In this document: in pieces, positions 26,231 to 35,007 of the stretch
Numbering within the stretch: position 1 is the first letter of the stretch
Layout: every line of letters begins with the position of its first letter
Origin: an uncultured Hyphomicrobiales bacterium
GTDB taxonomy: Bacteria > Pseudomonadota > Alphaproteobacteria > Rhizobiales > Beijerinckiaceae
Assembly: GCA_903932565.1 (NCBI GenBank)
Contig: CAIZGQ010000073.1
Span: 699 to 64,698 of the forward strand
Reading direction: 5' to 3'
DNA length: 64,000 nt
The notes under the pieces: model-generated
The model's input: the letters and a program-made list of their open reading frames with translations, nothing else
Databases searched by the model: none
What the model was told of the DNA's origin: nothing
Program-made: the position numbers and the translations under genes

Positions 26231-26410
26231 ATGGCGCACCCATACGAGAAGGCTGGCCACAAGAACGATCCGTCTTGGATCAAGGGCCTGAACCGGTTTA
26301 AGGAAAAGGCAGAAGTTGGGGACACCAACGAAGTCATCCGCAATTTTGACGCAGATCCGAAAGTAACTCGCGAGGCGAGCTACGTTCCTGCTGGCAAGAA
26401 GGGCAAGTAA
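26231..26410 (+). CDS. hypothetical 59-aa protein
   Basis: MAHPYEKAGHKNDPSWIKGLNRF... It shares its N-terminus with the next ORF. Confidence 0.45.
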   Translation: MAHPYEKAGHKNDPSWIKGLNRFKEKAEVGDTNEVIRNFDADPKVTREASYVPAGKKGK

Positions 26411-26411
26411 C

Positions 26412-27353
26412 ATGGCGCATCCGTATAACGAAAAGCGGGCTCACAAGGTCGAGAAAGAGCGCGTGAAGGGGCTGTGCAACGGTGGATATTCATCCGGTGG
26501 TGCAGTTGGTGATGCCAATCTTGACCAGCGCACCAACTTGCTGAAGACCGAGCAGAGCAACAACCGCATAGGCAATATGGGTCTTCCTGAGAAGGGCCGA
26601 GCCGATCGTGTGAAGCGGGCCAAGGGTGGGCGCGTGAAGCACAAGGGTGGACACAAGACCAATGTGAACGTGATCGTGGCCCCGTCCGGTGGCGACAAGG
26701 GCCCGATGGCAGGTCTGGGGCCAAAGCCCCCGATCGGCATGGCACCTCCACCGCCCCCGCCCGGTGCCATGCCGCCTCCTATGGCTGCAAAGCCTCCGAT
26801 GCCGATGCCGCCTCCGGGCGCAGGCGCTCCTCCCGGTATGCCTCCGATGCCAATGCGCAAGCGTGGCGGTCGCGTTCCGCATGATGTGGCTGAGCCGGTT
26901 CGCACTACCAAGAAGGCCGGTGAGGTCGAAAGCCGCAAGCACCGTACCGGTGGCTCCAATGACATGGGCAAGACCAAGCGAGCCGAAGGTGGCAAGGTTC
27001 CGATGCCGAAGCCCCGTCCGCAGGGCAAGGAGCCTGATGCTGATGATCTCTACGCGCCGAAGGATCTGAAGCGCCTGAGCGATCAGAACCGCGCAAAGGG
27101 TGGCAAGGTCGTTGCTGGTGCCAACGAGCGTGGCAAGACCGGCATTGGTTTCCGTCTTCCGGTCCAGCACTCAGGCAACAAGGACGACACCCAGAACATC
27201 GGTCGCAAGCCGGTGGTCACCCGCGCTACCGGTGGACCGATCTACGCCGACGGCAAAGCAGGGAAAGACATGGGCCCGAGGTTCACTGGCGGATCTAAGG
27301 GCGGCGAGGGCCGTATGGAGAAGGCCAAGAGGGCTGAGTCCACGCATGGCTGA
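26412..27353 (+). CDS. basic Gly/Pro/Lys-rich virion-associated protein
   Basis: 313 aa with a poly-Pro tract and five copies of the R-x-x-GG-[KRP]-[VI] motif. Confidence 0.6.
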   Translation: MAHPYNEKRAHKVEKERVKGLCNGGYSSGGAVGDANLDQRTNLLKTEQSNNRIGNMGLPEKGRADRVKRAKGGRVKHKGGHKTNVNVIVAPSGGDKGPMAGLGPKPPIGMAPPPPPPGAMPPPMAAKPPMPMPPPGAGAPPGMPPMPMRKRGGRVPHDVAEPVRTTKKAGEVESRKHRTGGSNDMGKTKRAEGGKVPMPKPRPQGKEPDADDLYAPKDLKRLSDQNRAKGGKVVAGANERGKTGIGFRLPVQHSGNKDDTQNIGRKPVVTRATGGPIYADGKAGKDMGPRFTGGSKGGEGRMEKAKRAESTHG

Positions 27354-27558
27354 AGAAGCATTCCGGATGTTCACGGTCGACGCGCCGCGAACATTCCGTA
27401 CCATGGCGAAGAGACTGAGAGAGAGGAAGGAAGAACTGCTTCGCTCTCTCATTGCCGTGCAGAACTGGGATCATCACCAAAGGATGGTTGGAACTATCAA
27501 CGGTATCGAAGAAGCCATCCAGATGTTGGATGACGTCGAAAAACAGGAGAGAAACTAG
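27346..27558 (+). CDS. hypothetical 70-aa protein
   Basis: Start at MAEEAFRMFTV overlaps the upstream stop. Confidence 0.45.
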   Translation: MAEEAFRMFTVDAPRTFRTMAKRLRERKEELLRSLIAVQNWDHHQRMVGTINGIEEAIQMLDDVEKQERN

Positions 27559-27951
27559 ATGCGCGTTAACCTTCGTGAGATTGCCGCGGCTGCGGAATTC
27601 GATGCGGCCAAAGCATTGCTGGATGCGGCAGGCGATCTCGGTGATTACGTTCCGTGCCACAACGAGGTTCTGGTGGCCACCTACATCGCTCCGGAGAAGG
27701 TCGGCAGCATCATTCGTCCGGATGCCCACCTCGCAGAGGATCGCTATCAGGGCAAGTGCGCTTTGGTCCTCAAGACCGGTCCAAAGACCACGATCGACGT
27801 CAAGCCGGGTGACTGGGTTGTTTTCCGCAATAGTGACGCAATTGAATTGTTCATTCGCGATCGTCGCAAGGTCAACGAGGGCATTTCTGCTCGTTTGGTC
27901 GAGGACACATACATCCGCATGATCGTGACGGACCCGAGCCTGATTTACTGA
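27559..27951 (+). CDS. GroES/Cpn10-like co-chaperonin
   Basis: The 'HNEVLVATYIAPEKVGSIIRP...QGKCALVLKTGP...VKPGDWVVF' pattern aligns by eye with GroES. Confidence 0.45.
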   Translation: MRVNLREIAAAAEFDAAKALLDAAGDLGDYVPCHNEVLVATYIAPEKVGSIIRPDAHLAEDRYQGKCALVLKTGPKTTIDVKPGDWVVFRNSDAIELFIRDRRKVNEGISARLVEDTYIRMIVTDPSLIY

Positions 27952-28340
27952 TGATCCAGCTATTCGCATCACCTCCAGAGCCAGTTCAGCAAGTTTCGAT
28001 GCATCCATTATGGATGGCGATTGGCGTGGTTGGTGTTGTTGTGGCCTTATTCGTCATTGCGATGATCAGGCGACGATAAATGGATATCGTATTTCCAAGG
28101 GTAGTTCAGGCTGAAAGGTTTGATGAAAACCGGTTACGAGAAATATGCCATCACCTGTACTATCAATGGCACAGTTGCTGCGAGGACAGACAGCCCTATA
28201 GGTCTATCGGCATCAGCCACGCACATGATCCGGAATGGAGAAACAGGTTCCTGAGTATCCAAGGCGCTCACGATGGGAATCATCTGTTCTGGAAGGCCAC
28301 AAAAACAGTCTGTACCTTTATGTTCGGGGTAGTGTAGGGG

Positions 28341-28520
28341 ATGGAAACCAACTTCGATAAATTCATGGCCACGGAAGAGGCGCGGATTCTACGAGCTCAG
28401 GCCATTAATGACGTTCTGAAGTATGGAGAAATCAGAGAAGAGACGACGTTGCTGATGAAATCCGCCATCAACGATTATCTTCTCGCAAGTATTATGAAGA
28501 TGTTGCCGACTAAACACTAA
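28341..28520 (+). CDS. hypothetical 59-aa protein
   Basis: METNFDKFMATEEARILRAQAINDVLKYGE... in a locally AT-richer stretch. Confidence 0.35.
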   Translation: METNFDKFMATEEARILRAQAINDVLKYGEIREETTLLMKSAINDYLLASIMKMLPTKH

Positions 28521-28555
28521 ACTGCGCCAAGCTGGCGTGTGAAGGGATAGTTCCC

Positions 28556-29140
28556 ATGACGAAGTCTATGCGCGTTTCTGTTGACCCATATGAGATACCT
28601 GAGCATCTAATTCCGCCGGGAATGATCTATCAGTGGGTTTCTAAGAGATCATTCGGACAAATCGATAAACAATTCCAGACAATGCGTGATGCTGGCTGGA
28701 CCGAAGTGCCTTATGAGAGGCTGGCATCCCATTTTAAGGGAAAATATCGCAGCGAGGTCAGCGGTGTGCTGATAGGCGGTCAGACCCTCATGGAACGGAC
28801 CCGAGAGGTTTCAAAGATAGCCCGCGACAAAGAAATGGATTTCGCCAGCATCAATGCCAATTCCGGGCGAGCCATAGGAATTGACATCGTCTCGAAATTC
28901 AATCTTTCGGCGTTTGAGATTGAGACGGCGCGGAATATGAGCCTGAGTAGCTCCCAATATGCCGCATGGCGCATTAAGCAAATACAGGAAGGCCACGACC
29001 GATCCATTATTGTCGGTGGCATCAATCAGGATTTGATGTTTGCACCTGCTCCAAAGTACATGGTTCCAAAACGTCGTTGGCTGGGGTGGTTGTTCAAATT
29101 GATTTCAATGGAGACAGAGAGGGATATCTATGTCGGATGA
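28556..29140 (+). CDS. head-module protein, paralogue A
   Basis: 'LIPPGMIYQWVS...MRDAGWTEVPYERLA...GGQTLMER' is shared with ORF 30089-30769. Confidence 0.6.
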   Translation: MTKSMRVSVDPYEIPEHLIPPGMIYQWVSKRSFGQIDKQFQTMRDAGWTEVPYERLASHFKGKYRSEVSGVLIGGQTLMERTREVSKIARDKEMDFASINANSGRAIGIDIVSKFNLSAFEIETARNMSLSSSQYAAWRIKQIQEGHDRSIIVGGINQDLMFAPAPKYMVPKRRWLGWLFKLISMETERDIYVG

Positions 29141-30077
29141 GACTGAGCTGAAGATTACGATCGAACCGGATCTCGATGAAGAGGTACAGAAGGCTCCTGT
29201 AGTAGTAGAGCCGAAGAAGTCGGCAGAGCCTGCAGTCGACGAGCTCAAGACACAGGTCGAGACGCTTACAGAGGCCCGCGAGAACGAGCGGCAGCGTCGT
29301 GAGCAGGCAGAACGTCGGGCCCGTGAGTTGGAGCTCGAGGCCGATCAGGCTCGCCAGAGAGCCTCTGACAGCGATCTCAGCACCATCACAACGGCGCTCG
29401 AATCAGCCCAGACAGAGATCGAACAATCCAAGAAGGATATGCGTGCGGCCAAAGAGGCTGGCGATATCGACGCTGAGACGGATGCGCTCGATCGGCTGAC
29501 GACGGCCAAAGCCACCCTGATGCGGCTGGATGAGGCCAAAGCAGATGCCGAGGTCCGCAAGAAATCCCCACCCAAGCGAGAGCAGAAGACGGTTGATCCG
29601 GTCGAGGCCTATGCCGAAGGTCGGACGCCATCCACCGCTGACTGGATACGGAAACATCCGGAGTATGTGACGGATGCCAGCAAGAACCTCAAACTTACCG
29701 CAGCGCATTATGCGGCATTGGCTGAAGGCTATCAGGCCGCCAGTGCCAAGTATTTCCAGCACGTCGAGGAATTCTTGGGCCTGACGTCTAAGGCAGGAGC
29801 GGACGAACCGGCTCCGAAGCCAGCACCGAAGAAGGCCGCATCGGCACCCGTTGCCCCCACCGCAGCGACCGCGAATGGTGGGACGGCTCCGGACAATGCC
29901 GTCAGCCTTACGGCGAGGGAGGCTCGATCAGCCACCGACGGAACACTTGTGTGGAACTGGGATGATCCGAAAGGAAAGTTCAAGAAGGGTGATCCGATCG
30001 GTCACCAAGAGATGGCCCGCCGTAAACAGAAGATGATGGCGAGCGGCGTCTACGACAAATCGTACACCGATAGCTGA
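29130..30077 (+). CDS. scaffolding-like coiled-coil protein
   Basis: 315 aa with an acidic/basic heptad-rich N-terminal half, positioned between portal and capsid. Confidence 0.5.
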   Translation: MSDETELKITIEPDLDEEVQKAPVVVEPKKSAEPAVDELKTQVETLTEARENERQRREQAERRARELELEADQARQRASDSDLSTITTALESAQTEIEQSKKDMRAAKEAGDIDAETDALDRLTTAKATLMRLDEAKADAEVRKKSPPKREQKTVDPVEAYAEGRTPSTADWIRKHPEYVTDASKNLKLTAAHYAALAEGYQAASAKYFQHVEEFLGLTSKAGADEPAPKPAPKKAASAPVAPTAATANGGTAPDNAVSLTAREARSATDGTLVWNWDDPKGKFKKGDPIGHQEMARRKQKMMASGVYDKSYTDS

Positions 30078-30088
30078 AAGGTAATCCC

Positions 30089-30769
30089 ATGGAAGAAGAG
30101 ATCGTTAAGACCAACAGTGCCGCGAAGACAGAGGCATTGGCAAAGGCTCGAGCGGCCAAGGCTGCGAAGAAGGCAGCGGCTGCACCGGAGGAGCCCACCC
30201 GTCAGCACAAGGCAGAGCCTGAACCGGCGGAAGAGCGTGAGCATCGCATGGGTCGATCGGGCCGCATTGAGGCCACCGGTCGCGACGGTGAGGTTCTGTC
30301 CCGTGGTGCGGTGTACGTCAGGGACTCATTCGAGGTCGACAAGCCACTGATCCCGGAGGGATGGGATTATCAATGGAATAGTATTTCGATCCACGGCAAT
30401 GCCGAAGTGGTCAGGGATATGCATAATCTCATGACCCAGCAGGGTTGGCGACCCGTACCGGCTGAACGATATGCCGGAACGCTGCTGCCGCGCGGGGCCA
30501 AGGGAAATATTGTTCGTGGTGGCGTCATTCTCGAGGAGCGTCCTACGGTTCTTGGAAATGAGGCCCGTCAGGAAGAGCTTAATGCGGCTCGCAAGTTGAT
30601 CAGCGACCGCAACGAATCACTCAAGCTGGCTGGTGTGAAGAAGAACATGCCCGACGGGTTCGAGATGGGCGGTCAGTACAAGGGCACTGGCGGCGACATC
30701 AGGATGTCGATCGATAAAGGTTTAGATATCCCTGCGCCCGGATACACGCTTGCCAAGCCGGGAGAGTAA
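30089..30769 (+). CDS. head-module protein, paralogue B
   Basis: 'LIPEGWDYQWNS...MTQQGWRPVPAERYA...GGVILEER'. Confidence 0.6.
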   Translation: MEEEIVKTNSAAKTEALAKARAAKAAKKAAAAPEEPTRQHKAEPEPAEEREHRMGRSGRIEATGRDGEVLSRGAVYVRDSFEVDKPLIPEGWDYQWNSISIHGNAEVVRDMHNLMTQQGWRPVPAERYAGTLLPRGAKGNIVRGGVILEERPTVLGNEARQEELNAARKLISDRNESLKLAGVKKNMPDGFEMGGQYKGTGGDIRMSIDKGLDIPAPGYTLAKPGE

Positions 30770-30780
30770 GTCACAAAAAA

Positions 30781-30807
30781 GCCCGCAGACTAATTGAGCC
30801 TGCGGGC
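30781..30807. terminator. bidirectional-looking terminator hairpin
   Basis: AAAAAA-GCCCGCAG-n11-CTGCGGGC-agTTTcg, between the head genes and the sugar island. Confidence 0.45.
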
Positions 30808-30887
30808 AGTTTCGAGAGGAAGTGCGTAGCTCTCCAGAGCGCCGCAGCCTCTCTCTAGCACACCTTAACACCTACCGGAAGTATCCT

Positions 30888-31796
30888 ATGCCTAAGCTGG
30901 TAATATCGCTCGCAACCCGTGGGCGTCCGCAGCAGGTTATTGACACCGTCAGGCGATCATTTGTGAATTGGACGCATCCGGATACGCGGATGTACGTTAT
31001 GATCGATGACGATGATAAAGCGACGGCAGATGCGCTTGTTGCGTCTGGTATTCCCAACGATTCTAGTGGTCGAATTGTTCCATGGGTTGCGCCACGCGAG
31101 GACACTATCGCGGAGAAATGGAATAGATGCCTGAAAGAACCGGCTGACGCCTATCTGATTGCCGCGGATGACGACCCGTATGTCTCCAAGGGCTACGATA
31201 TGGCCATCCTCGAGGCCGCAGAGCGCTTCCCAGATGGCATCGGATACGTCTATGGCCACCTCGCCAATCTATCCTTCACCGGGGCTGTAGCGGTCACCCG
31301 CAAGATGGCGGATATGATGGGCTATATCTTCCCGCCCTATTTCCCGTACTGGTTTGTCGATCACTGGACCGATGACGTGGCGCGGATCACCGGGCGCATA
31401 TCGTTTGCCAATATCCAGACAGATCAATCAAAGGCTGGCAAGACGCAGGAGATGCGGGAGCCGGGATGGTGGGCGACGTTCTTTGACGCCTGTTACCTGA
31501 TGAGGCGAGCTCAGGCTCACGCCATCATCGATTCGCCTGAATTTGTTGGTGAGGAGTGGCAGAAGAAGTTGCTCAAGGCCAATCATCCGCTGATCGAGGT
31601 TCGATCACGAATGCTGAACGGGTCGGTCAGGGCACAAGACAAGCAGTTGTCCGGATGGTCCGGACTGAGCAATGCAGACGACAGATACAAGCGCGTGAAG
31701 CAGCGAGCGATTGACATGCTGCCTCACGCTCTTGGAGATTACGGCATGCCAGAAGCAGAGCAGGTCATGTTTCGCAAGTATCTAGGTGTCAAGTGA
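30888..31796 (+). CDS. glycosyltransferase (GT-A-like)
   Basis: 'LVISLATRGRP...MYVMIDDDD' and a second acidic 'AADDDPY'. ATG 30888 chosen within ORF 30822-31796. Confidence 0.6.
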   Translation: MPKLVISLATRGRPQQVIDTVRRSFVNWTHPDTRMYVMIDDDDKATADALVASGIPNDSSGRIVPWVAPREDTIAEKWNRCLKEPADAYLIAADDDPYVSKGYDMAILEAAERFPDGIGYVYGHLANLSFTGAVAVTRKMADMMGYIFPPYFPYWFVDHWTDDVARITGRISFANIQTDQSKAGKTQEMREPGWWATFFDACYLMRRAQAHAIIDSPEFVGEEWQKKLLKANHPLIEVRSRMLNGSVRAQDKQLSGWSGLSNADDRYKRVKQRAIDMLPHALGDYGMPEAEQVMFRKYLGVK

Positions 31797-31974
31797 GATC
31801 CACGACGAACGATTCAACGACGTTACATTCAAGACAGACGAATGATCGCAGGTCGTAGCTATTCGATATGGTGTCGATGCTATCAAGCATCATCCTATCT
31901 CCACAGGTCATGCAAGTAAGGTTTGGCATGTCCATAAGACGAAAGATGAGTTCTGGATAGGCATGGGTACTCAT
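31789..31974 (-). CDS. small zinc-ribbon protein on the opposite strand
   Basis: GGAGGGAATTGAT-ATG. MSTHAYPELIFRLMDMPNLTCMTCGDR...FVCLECNV (CxxC...CxxC). Confidence 0.45.
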   Translation of the reverse strand: MSTHAYPELIFRLMDMPNLTCMTCGDRMMLDSIDTISNSYDLRSFVCLECNVVESFVVDLT

Positions 31975-32092
31975 ATCAATTCCCTCCGTTTTGTTGGTCG
32001 AGATAGACCAATCTTGCAGTAGGCCTATGGTTCCGTGGATCAAGTGCAATATTGACCATGATTGAAAATAAAGACGTATTAGGTAAGGACGG

Positions 32093-33460
32093 GTGTCCAT
32101 GATTGATCGGCCTAATAAGACGGTACTATGCCACGGATGCTTCGATTTGCTGCATCTTGGTCATATCCAGCATCTGCAGCAGGCGGCAGAGATGGGCAGC
32201 ACCCTCACGGTCAGCGTCACCGCGGATGAATTCGTCAACAAGGGTGTAGGTCGTCCGCATTTCACGGCAGAGCAGAGAGCGGAAGCGCTGCGATCGCTAT
32301 CATGCGTTGATTCCGTGGTGATCAATCGATCCCCGAATGCCGTTCCTGTCATCAAGACGCTACGACCGGACATCTACTGCAAGGGGATTGACTACTCTGG
32401 AGATCCGTCGCCGGGATTGATGGAAGAGATTGATGCGGTCGGCCACATTGGTGGCAAGGTGTGCTTCACCAATACCCGCAAGATGTCATCCAGCCGACTG
32501 ATCAACGAGGACAAATTCAGCCGCGAGACGATGCAGTATCTCGATCGCCTCAAGGATAGCGGGGCGTTGGAAGCCATTCTCCGAGCATTCGACGATGCGG
32601 ATAAGAAGACGATCCTATTCGTCGGAGAGAGCATCCGCGATGTCTATCTCTATGTGCAGGGGCTGGGGCGAGCATCCAAGGAGCTCATGCTGGCGACCGT
32701 TGTCACTGGGCAAGAGAGTTTCGACGGTGGAGTGATCGCTGCATCGCGCCAAGGCGAATGGAAACACTCAGCACTTCTCACATCCTCAGAATATATGGTG
32801 AAAACCCGCTATGTTGACGCTGACTTTCATCGCAAAATATTTGACGTGTATGGGCAGCGTTCGCTGGTCTTGGATGAAAATGAGCGGGAAGACTTCAGAG
32901 CGAAGCTGACTGACGCCGTGATGCATCATGACGTGGTGATCACGCTGGACTTTGGGCACGGACTGCTTGGTCCGCTCGAGCGCTTTATCATCAGCGAGCA
33001 TTCGCCTTGGCTGGCGGTCAACTCCCAGACCAATGCCGGAAACTACGGGTTCAATCCTGTCACCAAGTACATGAAGCCGCATTACGTCTGCATCGATGAG
33101 CCGGAAGTGCGTCTGGCCATGCAGGATCAGGTCGGCAATCTACAGAAGGTCGTGCAGAACCTGCAGACAAGTCAGCGATGCTTCCGATATCTCATCACCC
33201 GTGGTCGCAATGGATCTGCTTGGCTGCGCTCAGGCGTCTATGGCGAGGCTCCTGCGCTGTCATATGGTGGCGTTGATACGATGGGAGCCGGTGACGCAGT
33301 GATGGCTGTAACGGCTCCGCTGGCCTCCACAGGGCTGGACATGGAGCTAGTGGCATTCGTCGGCAACATCGTGGGGGCATTGAAGATTGGAACCGTAGGG
33401 CATCGAACCCACGTCAAGCGCAACGAGATCATACGAACGGTGGAGGCGTTACTAGCGTGA
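32093..33460 (+). CDS. bifunctional sugar-1-phosphate nucleotidyltransferase / PfkB sugar kinase (HldE-like, reversed domain order)
   Basis: The N-terminus 'CHGCFDLLHLGHIQHL...KGVGRPHFTAEQR...VDSVV' resembles RfaE domain II. The C-terminus carries the PfkB 'DTMGAGDA'. Confidence 0.8.
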   Translation: MSMIDRPNKTVLCHGCFDLLHLGHIQHLQQAAEMGSTLTVSVTADEFVNKGVGRPHFTAEQRAEALRSLSCVDSVVINRSPNAVPVIKTLRPDIYCKGIDYSGDPSPGLMEEIDAVGHIGGKVCFTNTRKMSSSRLINEDKFSRETMQYLDRLKDSGALEAILRAFDDADKKTILFVGESIRDVYLYVQGLGRASKELMLATVVTGQESFDGGVIAASRQGEWKHSALLTSSEYMVKTRYVDADFHRKIFDVYGQRSLVLDENEREDFRAKLTDAVMHHDVVITLDFGHGLLGPLERFIISEHSPWLAVNSQTNAGNYGFNPVTKYMKPHYVCIDEPEVRLAMQDQVGNLQKVVQNLQTSQRCFRYLITRGRNGSAWLRSGVYGEAPALSYGGVDTMGAGDAVMAVTAPLASTGLDMELVAFVGNIVGALKIGTVGHRTHVKRNEIIRTVEALLA

Positions 33461-33996
33461 GAGACAGTTTTAGGGATCTGCATTCAGCATTGGACTTCAT
33501 GCAATGCGAGGACAACGCCTTTGATCAGGTAAAGAACCTGATCAACATGAGCGGGTTTGGCAAGGCGAGGCTGTTCTTTGTGGGGAATGGTGGATCGGCT
33601 GCGATCGCATCGCACATGGCCACTGACTGGATGAAGAATGGCGACTTCCCCACATTCTGTTTCAACGACGGCCCGCTGCTGACGTGCATCACCAACGATC
33701 TCGGCTATGAGAACAGCTTCTGGCTCCCGATCGACATGCATGGCCAGATTGGAGACGTGTTGTTTGCCATCTCGAGCTCAGGAAAGTCACCCAACATCAT
33801 TTCCGCGGTGAATGCTGCTCGAGGAAAGCGCATGAACGTCGTGACATTGTCTGGGTTCAAGAGCGACAATCCGTTGCGCAGTATGGGGCAGGTCAACTTC
33901 TATGTCCCGTCCGATAACTACGGCACTGTCGAGATCGCCCACTTGGCGATCCTGCATTCCATCCTCGACGAGGTGATGGCAGATGAACGCAAGTGA
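33457..33996 (+). CDS. gmhA: SIS-domain sedoheptulose-7-phosphate isomerase-like
   Basis: 'FFVGNGGSAAIASHMATD' and 'AISSSGKSPNI' are GmhA/DiaA signatures. Confidence 0.8.
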   Translation: MRDSFRDLHSALDFMQCEDNAFDQVKNLINMSGFGKARLFFVGNGGSAAIASHMATDWMKNGDFPTFCFNDGPLLTCITNDLGYENSFWLPIDMHGQIGDVLFAISSSGKSPNIISAVNAARGKRMNVVTLSGFKSDNPLRSMGQVNFYVPSDNYGTVEIAHLAILHSILDEVMADERK

Positions 33997-34570
33997 CCTG
34001 ATTGCCTTTGAAGACGAGATGACCGCTCTATTCGAGCAAGGTCACATCAAAGCGCCTTTGCATTTGGCTGGTGGGAATGAGGAGAATCTCATTGAGATAT
34101 TCAAAGAGATCGACAAAGAAAACGACTGGGTGTTGGCGTCATGGCGTAGTCACTACCATTGTCTTCTCAAGGGGGTGCCAGCCGGAGATATCCGCAACTC
34201 CATCATCAACGGTCATTCGATATCGCTTTGCTTCCCAGAATATAAGGTTCTCTCATCTGGAATTGTTGGCGGCATCTGTCCGATTGGGGTTGGAATCGCC
34301 GCTGGTCTTAAGCGACAGAAGCAAGCGGGGAAAGTCTGGATCTTCTGTGGCGATATGACTTCGTTGACGGGAATTTTTAATGAATCTTTGCGCTACTCTC
34401 TGGGCAACGATCTTCCAATAGAGTTTGTAGTAGAAGGTAATGGATTGTCTGTTGCAACCGATACACAAGCATCATGGGGATGCGATTACACAGGACGTCC
34501 AATTGCTCGTGGTTACAAATACAAGTTGACCAAGCCTCATGTAGGAATAAACAAATGGGTAAAATTCTGA
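33983..34570 (+). CDS. TPP-dependent enzyme, E1 alpha-like small subunit
   Basis: ThDP/Mg motif 'GDMTSLTGIFNESLRYSLGNDLPIEFVVEGNG' (GDG-x-NN type). Only 195 aa. Confidence 0.65.
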   Translation: MNASDLIAFEDEMTALFEQGHIKAPLHLAGGNEENLIEIFKEIDKENDWVLASWRSHYHCLLKGVPAGDIRNSIINGHSISLCFPEYKVLSSGIVGGICPIGVGIAAGLKRQKQAGKVWIFCGDMTSLTGIFNESLRYSLGNDLPIEFVVEGNGLSVATDTQASWGCDYTGRPIARGYKYKLTKPHVGINKWVKF

Positions 34571-35007
34571 TACCTGAAACAGTTTTGGCCTATACCGCGG
34601 GTATTATTGATGGTGAAGGATGGATTGGCATTTGTAAAACATACGCCAAGGGAAGAAAAACTCTTGGTAAAATATACCCACATCGCATGTTTCAGATTTC
34701 CGTTTCAAATTCTATAGAATCGATGATTGATTATCTGCATATCAATTTTGGTGGCGTAAAGACTTTCGGGCATAGGCCAAATCGAAAGCCATATTATAGA
34801 TGGACCATAACATCACGAAGTGCCGAAGATTTTTTAAGGATGATCTATCCATATTTGGTTGCCAAACGAGATCAGGCAGAAATTTCATTTCGATTCAGGG
34901 AGACATTCCGTAAAAGAAATCAATGGAGTCGCACGGTTCCTCCGGAAGATCTGGCTGTTCGTGAGGAGTGCTATAAATCATTGCGAGACTTAAAGAGAGC
35001 CGCATGA
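34555..35007 (+). CDS. LAGLIDADG homing endonuclease (free-standing)
   Basis: 'LAYTAGIIDGEGWI'. AT-rich relative to its neighbours. Overlaps both flanking genes. Confidence 0.8.
   Translation: MGKILIPETVLAYTAGIIDGEGWIGICKTYAKGRKTLGKIYPHRMFQISVSNSIESMIDYLHINFGGVKTFGHRPNRKPYYRWTITSRSAEDFLRMIYPYLVAKRDQAEISFRFRETFRKRNQWSRTVPPEDLAVREECYKSLRDLKRAA

Noticed and set aside
26441-27170. Long antisense ORFs (195 and 226 aa) opposite the Gly/Pro-rich gene 26412-27353.
   Set aside because: They are shadow ORFs of a GC-rich, low-complexity coding region. Their translations are Arg/Gly/Pro junk and they have no RBS or operon context.
27295-28008. 237-aa minus-strand ORF across the 70-aa and GroES-like genes.
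   Set aside because: The plus-strand genes are translationally coupled and have recognisable patterns. The antisense product has none.
28080-28337. 85-aa ORF (His/Cys/Trp-rich) and an alternative 43-aa ORF in another frame.
   Set aside because: The composition is atypical, the frames conflict and there is no RBS. I could not decide which, if either, is coding.
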